Origin: an uncultured delta proteobacterium
GTDB taxonomy: Bacteria > Myxococcota_A > Polyangia > Fen-1088
Direction of reading: 5' to 3'
DNA: 64,000 bases
Assembly (NCBI GenBank): GCA_963824555.1
Contig: CAWGPW010000043.1
Span: 68,763-132,762, forward strand
Position numbers and translations under genes: made by a program. The notes below the pieces were generated by a model. The model saw only the letters and a program-made list of their open reading frames with translations. It had not been told where the DNA came from and made no database searches. Positions 30,202 through 38,394 of the stretch are shown piece by piece (within the stretch, counting starts at the first letter, position 1; each line of letters begins with the position of its first letter).

Positions 30202-31919
30202 GCCTCGTCAACTCACTGTCCATAGACGGAAGAGAAGTTCAATTCACCTCCGGCGAGACGGTGCTCTCGGCGGCCTTGCGCGCGGGGATCGAGATCCCGC
30301 ACCTGTGCTCGATGGATTGGGCCTGCAAGCCCGAGGCGGCCTGTCGCGTCTGTTTGGTCGAGCTCGAAGGCGTGCCGCGCCTGCAGACGAGCTGCACCCT
30401 CGAGGCCAAAGACGGCCAGAAGGTGCGCACCCGCTCGCCGCGCGTGCAGGCCGTGCGCCGCAACATCGTCGAGCTACTCATCGCCAACCACCCGGGCGAC
30501 TGCCTGACGTGCGCGCGCAACCAGAACTGCGAGCTGGCCCAGGTAGCCAGCGAGCTCGGCGTGCGCGAGCGACGCTACCGCGGTCTCAAGAAGAACCACC
30601 CCCTCGATCTGTCCTCGCCGGCTCTCGTGCGCGATCCCAACAAGTGCATCCTGTGCGGACGTTGCGTGGCCGTGTGCCACCAGGTGCAGGGCGTGGGCGC
30701 CATCGACTTCATCGACCGCGGCTTCAAGACGCGCGTCGGGCCTGGCTTCCACGACGGCATCAACGTGTCGAATTGCATCTTCTGCGGTCAGTGCACGCGG
30801 GTGTGCCCGACTGCGGCCCTGATGGAGAAGAGCCAAGTCGACGCCGTGGTGGCGGCGCTGGCGGACCCCAACGCTATCGTCGTCGCGCAGGTCGCCCCGG
30901 CGGTCCCGGCCACGCTGATGGAGAATGCGCAGTCGAGCTCGGTGCGCACCATGCTGCTGCGACTGGCGGCGGCGCTCAAGCGCGTCGGCTTCGACGCCGT
31001 GTTCGACACCGGCTTCGCCGCCGACCTGACCATCATGGAGGAGGTCTCCGAGCTGATTCGGCGGGTGCAGACGGGCGGTCCCCTGCCTATGTTCACCAGC
31101 TGCTCGCCTGGCTGGATCCAATACGTCGAGAAGTACCGGCCCGACCTCATTCCGCACCTGTCCACCTGCAAGTCGCCGCAGCAGATGGCGGGAGCGCTGA
31201 TCAAGGACGTGTACCCCAAGCACCGCGATCTGGGTGGCAAGCGACTGGTGTGCGTGTCGCTCATGCCGTGCACGGCGAAGAAGGTCGAAGCCAGCGAGCT
31301 TGGCGACGTCGACTTCGTCCTGACCACGCGCGAGATCGATGAGCTACTGGTCCGCTTCGGCATCGATCTCGACAAGGTCACCGAGCTTGGCTCCCTCGAT
31401 GCGCCCTTCTCCTCGGCCAGCGGCGCGGGACGACTCTTCGGCGGCACGGGTGGTGTCATGGAGGCGGCCATTCGCACCGCGCACAAGATGCTTACGGGCA
31501 GCGAGCTCAAGGGCGGCTTCAAGGTCGAGGAGGCGCGTGGGCTCGAAGGCATCAAGTGCTTCTCGCTCGACGTGGGCGGGACCACGCTCAACTTCGGCAT
31601 CGTCAACGGCCTCGGGCGTCTCAAGCCCATTCTCGATCCGCTCGCCAAAGGCGTGTCCAATCTGCACTTCATCGAGGTCATGACCTGCCCCGGCGGTTGC
31701 ATCGGCGGCGGTGGCCAGCCCTACGACTCGGATCCCGAAGTCATTCGCGTCCGGCTCGAACGCCTCTACGACGCTGACCGGCGCTCGACCCTCAAGACCT
31801 CGCACGACAATGACGAGGTTCAAGAGCTCTACGCCGAGATGCTTGGAAAACCCTTGGGCGAGCTGAGCCACCACCTGCTTCATCGCAGCTACATCGATCG
31901 GCGAGCAGAGGAGAGATAG
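30198..31919 (+). CDS. hydA: [FeFe]-hydrogenase catalytic subunit (HydA/HndD-like) with variant L1 motif TSCSPGW
   Basis: N-terminal 2Fe-2S + 4Fe-4S domains. H-cluster motifs L1 FTSCSPGW, L2 MPCTAKKVE, L3 EVMTCPGGCIGGGGQP. Confidence 0.85.
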   Translation: MSLVNSLSIDGREVQFTSGETVLSAALRAGIEIPHLCSMDWACKPEAACRVCLVELEGVPRLQTSCTLEAKDGQKVRTRSPRVQAVRRNIVELLIANHPGDCLTCARNQNCELAQVASELGVRERRYRGLKKNHPLDLSSPALVRDPNKCILCGRCVAVCHQVQGVGAIDFIDRGFKTRVGPGFHDGINVSNCIFCGQCTRVCPTAALMEKSQVDAVVAALADPNAIVVAQVAPAVPATLMENAQSSSVRTMLLRLAAALKRVGFDAVFDTGFAADLTIMEEVSELIRRVQTGGPLPMFTSCSPGWIQYVEKYRPDLIPHLSTCKSPQQMAGALIKDVYPKHRDLGGKRLVCVSLMPCTAKKVEASELGDVDFVLTTREIDELLVRFGIDLDKVTELGSLDAPFSSASGAGRLFGGTGGVMEAAIRTAHKMLTGSELKGGFKVEEARGLEGIKCFSLDVGGTTLNFGIVNGLGRLKPILDPLAKGVSNLHFIEVMTCPGGCIGGGGQPYDSDPEVIRVRLERLYDADRRSTLKTSHDNDEVQELYAEMLGKPLGELSHHLLHRSYIDRRAEER

Positions 31920-31930
31920 AGTATTCAGCC

Positions 31931-33956
31931 ATGGGCGTGATTCAGACCATCCTGCAGAATTGCCGCCGCTGCTACTCGTGCGTGCGCGAGTGCCCGGCCA
32001 AGGCGATCAAGATCGTCGACGGCCAGGCGTCGGTGGTCAAAGAGCGCTGCATCGCCTGCGGCAACTGCACGGTGGTCTGTTCGCAAAACGCCAAGGCCTA
32101 TGCCAGCGGCATCGAGCGGGTTTGCCAGCTTCTGGCTGGCGGCGGTCCGGTGGTGGCCATGGTGGCGCCGTCCTTTCCCGCGGATGACTGCGGCCAGGAT
32201 CCGGGGCGTCTCGTCGGGGCGTTGCGCGCACTCGGCTTTTCCCACGTGGTCGAGGTCGCCTACGGGGCGGATCTCACCAACAAGGCCTACCGCGCGTACA
32301 TCAAGGAGCACCCCACGGGCACGCGCCTGGCCACGGCGTGCCCGGCGCTGGTCGAGTACGTGCGCAAATACGCGCCCCATCTGGTGGACTGCCTGATTCC
32401 CATCGTGTCGCCCATGATCGCGACGGCGATGGCGGTCAAGGCGCTCTATGACCAGTCGCACGCCTGCGTCTTCATCGGGCCGTGTGTCGCCAAGAAGCTG
32501 GAGATGCAAGATCCCAACGTGCCGGCCGTCGTCGATGGCGTGCTGACCTTCGACGAGCTGAGGCGACTCTTCGCCGAGCGCGGGGTGCAGGTCGGCGACG
32601 CCACATCGGGCGAGTTCGATCCGCCGCATGCCGGTTCCGGGCGGCTCTATCCCCTGGTTGGTGGTTTGCTCAAGGGTGCCGGTCTCGAGCGCAGCTCGCT
32701 CAACGCCGAGGTCATGGTGCTATCGGGCGCGCCCGAGATTCTCGATGTCCTGGCCGACCTGCGCCCAGACGACCCGCAGCCGCTCTTCATCGAACCGCTC
32801 ATGTGCCGTGGTTGTTACAGCGGTCCCGCCACGCACGGGGACAAGCGGCGCCCGCAGCGTAAGCGGCGCGTGGCCGACTACGTGAAGTCGCGCATGGACG
32901 AGACTGCCGAGGCGTCGATGGAATTGCCTGCGCTCGATCTCGGACGCACCTTTACGGTCGACGATCAACGCCTGAAAGAGCCGAGCGAGCAGGAAATCAG
33001 GGTCATTCTCGCTCGCACCAACAAGTTCGCCACCGAGGACGAGCTCAACTGTGGGGCGTGCGGCTACGAATCCTGCCGTGCCAAGGCCGTGGCCGTGTAC
33101 CGCGGGCTGGCCGAAGAGGCCATGTGCCTACCCTTCATGATCGAGCAGGCCGAGCGCGTGTGTCACGAGCTGAACGTCCCCTGGCCCAACCTCAAGGACA
33201 TCCACCGCCACCTCATCAACACCGAGAAGCTGGCCTCCATGGGGCAGATGGCGGCCGGTGTGGCGCACGAGCTGAACAACCCCCTCGGCACCATCCTGCT
33301 CTATACCAACCTGCTTGCGCGCAAGCTCAAGGACCGGCCCGAGCTCGATCATGATTTGAAACTGCTCGTCGACGAGTCCAACCGCTGCAAGAAAATCATC
33401 GGCAACCTGCTCGACTTCGCCCGGCAGAACCGGGTGCAACTGGAACGCACGAATGTGGCCGAGCTTTTTCAGCGCGTGGTCGAGGATTCGCTCTTCACCT
33501 TGCGCGACACGGGATCCGCCTTGCGCATCACCTGCGAAGCACCGCCCGATCTGCACGTCGATCTCGACAAAGATCAGATCGGCCAGGTGCTCATCAACCT
33601 GGTCAAGAACGGCATCGAGGCCATGGAAGGCAAAGAGGGCACGGTGCGCCTGGTGGCCGTCGACGAGCCGGCGACCGGACGCGTGCGCATGGCGGTCAGC
33701 GACGAGGGCCGGGGCATCGCGCCGGAGGCCCGCGACAAGGTCTTCCAACCGTTCTTCACCACCAAGAGCCTCGGTCGAGGCACCGGGCTCGGCCTGCCCA
33801 TCGCCTACGGCATCGTCAAGATGCACGGCGGACGGATTCTGGTTCGATTCGGATCCCGTGTGCGGAACCACGTTCACCCTGGAATTGCCCAAAACCCAGT
33901 CGCTGCGAAGGAGTCACCTGTATGGCGAAGAGCCCCAAGATTCTGTTTGTCGATGA
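31931..33956 (+). CDS. Sensory [FeFe]-hydrogenase-like (HydS-type H-cluster domain) fused to histidine kinase. Contains a +1 frameshift at ~33836-33840.
   Basis: 2x[4Fe-4S] ferredoxin N-term. H-cluster-like motifs ATACPALV / IGPCVAKKLE / EPLMCRGCYSGP. Cx2Cx4Cx16C motif (CGACGYESC...16...C). HisKA H-box GVAHELNNPLGTI. HATPase (GRGTGLGLPIAYGIVKMHGG), then the frame changes. The downstream frame gives WFDSDPVCGTTFTLELP. Confidence 0.7.
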
Positions 33957-34344
33957 CGACCGAGATTTTCTTGCCGCGCAGACCGCTTTTTTCGGTGGGC
34001 GTGGCTACGAGGTCGTCACCCTCGACCGCGTGGAAGGCGCCCTGGAACGCATCAGTCAGGAGCGGCCCGATGTCATCGTGCTCGACCTCATGATGGAGCA
34101 CTACGATTCGGGCTTCATGCTCGGGCGGCGCATCCGGCAAGACCCGGCCATGCTCGAGGTTCCCATCCTCATGCTGTCGGGCGTGGCGGCGGCGACGGGA
34201 CACAAGTTCGCCGCCGAGGCCGCGGCGCTCAAGGATTGGATCAAGCTCGACGCCTTTCTGGACAAGCCGGTGACCGGCCGCCAGCTGCTCAAGGTCGTCG
34301 AGGAAAAGCTCGGGGCACGAGGCGCGGCTACGGCCACGGGATAA
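33922..34344 (+). CDS. Stand-alone response-regulator receiver protein (paralog of 27245..27664)
   Basis: 141 aa REC only (ILFVDDD...VIVLDLMMEH...DKP). Confidence 0.8.
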   Translation: MAKSPKILFVDDDRDFLAAQTAFFGGRGYEVVTLDRVEGALERISQERPDVIVLDLMMEHYDSGFMLGRRIRQDPAMLEVPILMLSGVAAATGHKFAAEAAALKDWIKLDAFLDKPVTGRQLLKVVEEKLGARGAATATG

Positions 34345-34346
34345 CC

Positions 34347-35805
34347 GTGCCCAGCATCCTGGTCATCGACGACGAATACGGCGTTCGCTCGGGGATTCGC
34401 CAGATCCTCGAGCTGGAAGGCTACGCCGTGGAGGTCGCAGCGACCGGGCGCGAGGCCCTGGAGCTTCTCGACCAGCGACCGTTCGACATCGCGCTCATCG
34501 ACTACCAACTGCCCGATCTCGATGGGCTGACCCTGCTGGCATCCATGCGCAGCCGCAAGCTCGCCACCATGACCTGCATGATCACGGCCTACGCCAACAT
34601 CGATACCGCCATCGCCGCCACCCGGCAGGGTATCGATTTCTTCCTGCCCAAGCCGTTCTCGCCCGACGATCTTCTCGGCGTCATCGAGACGTTGTCGCGC
34701 CATAAGCAGCTCAAAGAGGAAGCGGAGAAGCTGCGCAAGGAGAACGAGGCCAACCTGCTTGCCCTGGCCACCGAGAAAAGCCAAACCAGCTCGCTGGTGG
34801 CGTCCCTGCGCGACGCCGTCCTGGTCATCAATCGCGAGCGCGAGGTGGTGCTGGTCAACCACGCCATGTCCGCCTTGCTCGGCCGCGCGCCCAACAATTT
34901 GGTGCGCGCGCCTGTCGACGAGGTGCTCGGGGCTGCGCCCTTGTCCGGGCTGGCCGACTTGCTTTCCGCCCAGGGCGATGAGGAACGCAAGCTCGCCGAG
35001 CTCACCATCGGCGACCGCATCTTCTTCGCCAGCGTGGTCGCCTTTCATGGCGAGCAAGGGGAAGCTCTCGGTCGCATCCTGACCCTGGCCGACGTGACCG
35101 ACGTGCGCCGCATGGCCATGGAAAAGCCGCGTTTCATTCGCACCATGGTGCATGAATTCCGCTCTCCCCTCGGCGCCATCCGCAGTCTCATCGAGGTGGC
35201 CACCGAAAAGAGCCTGGGCGCCGACCTTGCGCCGTACTTGCCCTTTCTCGAACGTGCGGACAAGCGCATCGACAAGATGGTCGAGCTGATCGGCGAGCTG
35301 CTCTCGCTCTCGCGCATCGATCTGGAGCGGACCACAAATGTCGCGGAGCCCCCAGCGGACGTCTCGGTGGCTGTGGCCGCGACCCTGGATCTGTACCGGG
35401 AAAAACTCGTCGAGCGCAGGATCACTGCCAGCGTGGATGCCGCTCCCGACCTGCCGCGCGCGCGCATCGGCGACGAGGATTCTGAGGACCATCCTTTCCA
35501 ACCTGGTGGGCAATGCCATCAAATACGGTCGGGACGATGGTTCTTTGCGCCTGCGCGTGGTCCAGCACGAAGGCAAGCTCCACATCGAGGTCGCGGATTC
35601 AGGGATCGGCATCCGTGCCGAGAATCTGCCCCAAGTGTTCCAGGAGTTCTTTCGCGAGAAGCGCTCCGAGACGCGTGACATCGACGGCAACGGACTTGGG
35701 CTGGCCATCGTCAAGCGTCTGGTCGAGCGGGTGGGAGGCCAGATCGAGGTCGAAAGCACCCTCGGCGTGGGCTCGCTCTTTCGCGTGATTCTTTGCCCCG
35801 CCTAA
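34347..35805 (+). CDS. Hybrid receiver-PAS-histidine kinase. GTG start. Contains a +1 frameshift at ~35478-35484.
   Basis: N-terminal REC (ILVIDDE...IALIDYQLPDLDG). PAS-like middle. H-box MVHEFRSPLGAIRS. The HATPase block (ILSNLVGNAIKYG...GNGLGLAIVKRLVE) lies in the +1 frame (ORF 35338..35805). Confidence 0.7.
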
Positions 35806-35905
35806 ACCTCGGCGGCCAAGTTGGCGATACATCGCATGCAATCTTGCGACGGCGGCGTCGTTGCGATAGACGCTGGTCGCACTCTCCATCGCCTCCCGTG
35901 CACCC

Positions 35906-38377
35906 ATGACTCAAACGACTCCCGAGACCTCTGGCCCCGATCTGGCCGCGCTGCGCGACTTGCTGGCGAGCTGGCCGGATCTCAAGCCGCGCAACCTGAT
36001 CGCCGTCTTGCAACGCACGCAGGAAGCCTACGGCTACCTGCCCATGGAGGCGCTGGACGCCATCGCCGACAGCATGCACATCGCCGAGGCGCGGGTGTAC
36101 GGCGTGGCCACCTTCTACTCGCAGTTTCGCCTGAAACCGCAGGGCGAGCACGTCATCCAGGTGTGCAACGGCACCGCCTGCAACGTGAAGGGATCGGAAG
36201 ATCTGCTGGGCGAGCTGGTGGCGGTGCTGGGCATCCACCCCGGCGACACCACCCCCGACGGCAAGGTGACGCTTGAAAAGGTGAATTGCGTGGGCGCCTG
36301 CGGCGTGGCGCCGGCCATCGTCGTCGACGGCGAGGTGCACGGCCGTGTGACCCCCAAGTTGGTCGGGCGATTGGCGCGCAAGCTCCTCACCGCGCCGAAG
36401 CCAGTGGTCCTCTCGCGCAAATCCGCGGCCGAGAAGGTCCGCGGGCGCACCTTTCTCGAGCGCTGCTGCGACAAGTGCCAGAACCGTCCCGGCACGCCGT
36501 GCCCGAACTTTCTGCTTTGTCGCATGGAAGGCGTTTCCTGCCACGACGACGAACAGTGCGGGAAGTTCCGTGAGGAATTGCGCCAACTGGCCGAGCACAA
36601 CGCGCCCCAGTACGCGGCCACGGCCTTTCTGTGCAAGGGCCTGACCTGCGACGCCAGCGACGAGCCGGGGGTGTACAAGACCTTCCTTTCAGAACTGAAG
36701 AAACGCGGACTGACGGGCAAGGTCAATTTCATCGAGACCGGCTGCCAGGGACTGTGCGAGGTGGGCCCAATCGTGCAGCTCAAGCCTCTCGAAGCCTTCT
36801 ACTGCCGCGTGAAGGCCGCCGATGTGGCCGAGATCGTCGAGAAACACATCCTCGGCGGTCAGATCGTCGAGCGCCTGCTCTACGCCCCCGGCCACGTGAC
36901 GGAAGCCTCGATTCCGTTCTACAGCAAGCAAGTCCGCCGCGTGCTTTCCAACACCGGTAAGATCGATCCCGAGAACATCGACGAATACATCGCCCGCGAG
37001 GGGTACAAGGCGCTCTACAAAGCGCTCAAGGAAATGACGCCCGAGCAGGTCATCGCCGACGTGACTGCGGCGGGCTTGCGTGGCCGTGGCGGCGGTGGGT
37101 TCCCCACGGGCAAGAAATGGGAGATTGCGCGAGCCCAGGCCGACAGCACCCGCTACATCGTGTGCAACGCCGACGAGGGCGACCCGGGCGCGTTCATGGA
37201 TCGCAGCCTTCTCGAAGGCGATCCGCACCGCGTGCTCGAAGGCATCCTCATCGCGGCCTACGCCATCGGTGCCGAGCAAGCCTTCATCTACTGCCGGGCC
37301 GAGTATCCGCTGGCTATCCGCCGCCTGGAAATCGCCATGGCCCAGGCGCGGCTGTACGGATTGATCGGTCCCAATATTCTTGGGACCGGCAAGAGCCTGC
37401 ACGTGGAGATCGTGCAAGGCGCGGGCGCCTTCGTGTGCGGCGAGGAGACCGCCATGCTCTCCAGCATCGAGGGCAAGCGCGGCATGGCCCGCAACAAGCC
37501 GCCCTATCCGGCCCAGCACGGTTTCGCCGGACATCCGACCTGCGTGAACAACGTGGAAACCTTCGCCAATGTGCCGCTGATTCTGGCCAAGGGCGTGGCG
37601 TGGTTTCGCAGCGTGGGGACGGAGAAGAACGCCGGTACCAAGATTTTCTCGCTGTCGGGCAAGATCAAGAACACCGGTCTCGTCGAGGTGCCCATGGGCA
37701 TCACCCTGCGCGAGCTGCTGCACGACATCGGCGGCGGCGCGCCCGAGGGTTCGACCATCAAGGGCGCGCAGACCGGCGGTCCGTCGGGCGGGTGCATCCC
37801 GGCCGATCGCATGGATGTCACCGTCGACTACGAAAGCCTGAGGCGGCTGGGCGGGATGATGGGCTCGGGCGGCTTGGTGGTCACCGATTCGGGCACCTGC
37901 ATGGTGAGCTTCGCCAAGTTCTTCCTGGGGTTCACCCAGCACGAATCGTGCGGCAAGTGCATCCCGTGCCGCGAAGGCACCAAGCGCATGCTCGAGATCC
38001 TGGAACGGATCACGGATGGCAAGGGCAAGATGGAGGACATCACCGAGCTGCGCCACCTGGCGCTCGTCATCTCGCGTACCTCGGCCTGCGGACTCGGGGC
38101 CTCGGCGCCGAGCCCCGTGGTGTCGACCCTGCGCTACTTCGAGCACGAGTACGTGTCGCACATCAAGGACACGCGCTGCCTGGCCGGCGTGTGCCGCTCG
38201 CTGCTCACCTACCACATCCTGGCCAACTGCCGCGGTTGCGGCCTGTGCGCGCGCGGCTGTCCCGTCCAGTGCATCAGCGGCGACAAGGGCGAGATGTACG
38301 TCATCGACAACGCCCGCTGTATCAAGTGCGGCGAGTGCAACCGGGTATGTCCCTTCGGCGCCGTGGCGCGCACCTAG
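35906..38377 (+). CDS. NuoE-NuoF fusion subunit of a second NADH-dependent/bifurcating-type [FeFe]-hydrogenase
   Basis: 823 aa. N-terminal NuoE-like 2Fe-2S (CNGTACNVKG...VGACGVAPA). Extra Cys-rich linker. NuoF core (GLRGRGGGGFPTGKKW, SCGKCIPCREG). C-terminal 2x[4Fe-4S]. Confidence 0.85.
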   Translation: MTQTTPETSGPDLAALRDLLASWPDLKPRNLIAVLQRTQEAYGYLPMEALDAIADSMHIAEARVYGVATFYSQFRLKPQGEHVIQVCNGTACNVKGSEDLLGELVAVLGIHPGDTTPDGKVTLEKVNCVGACGVAPAIVVDGEVHGRVTPKLVGRLARKLLTAPKPVVLSRKSAAEKVRGRTFLERCCDKCQNRPGTPCPNFLLCRMEGVSCHDDEQCGKFREELRQLAEHNAPQYAATAFLCKGLTCDASDEPGVYKTFLSELKKRGLTGKVNFIETGCQGLCEVGPIVQLKPLEAFYCRVKAADVAEIVEKHILGGQIVERLLYAPGHVTEASIPFYSKQVRRVLSNTGKIDPENIDEYIAREGYKALYKALKEMTPEQVIADVTAAGLRGRGGGGFPTGKKWEIARAQADSTRYIVCNADEGDPGAFMDRSLLEGDPHRVLEGILIAAYAIGAEQAFIYCRAEYPLAIRRLEIAMAQARLYGLIGPNILGTGKSLHVEIVQGAGAFVCGEETAMLSSIEGKRGMARNKPPYPAQHGFAGHPTCVNNVETFANVPLILAKGVAWFRSVGTEKNAGTKIFSLSGKIKNTGLVEVPMGITLRELLHDIGGGAPEGSTIKGAQTGGPSGGCIPADRMDVTVDYESLRRLGGMMGSGGLVVTDSGTCMVSFAKFFLGFTQHESCGKCIPCREGTKRMLEILERITDGKGKMEDITELRHLALVISRTSACGLGASAPSPVVSTLRYFEHEYVSHIKDTRCLAGVCRSLLTYHILANCRGCGLCARGCPVQCISGDKGEMYVIDNARCIKCGECNRVCPFGAVART

Positions 38378-38394
38378 AGGAACGGAGACTTGCC

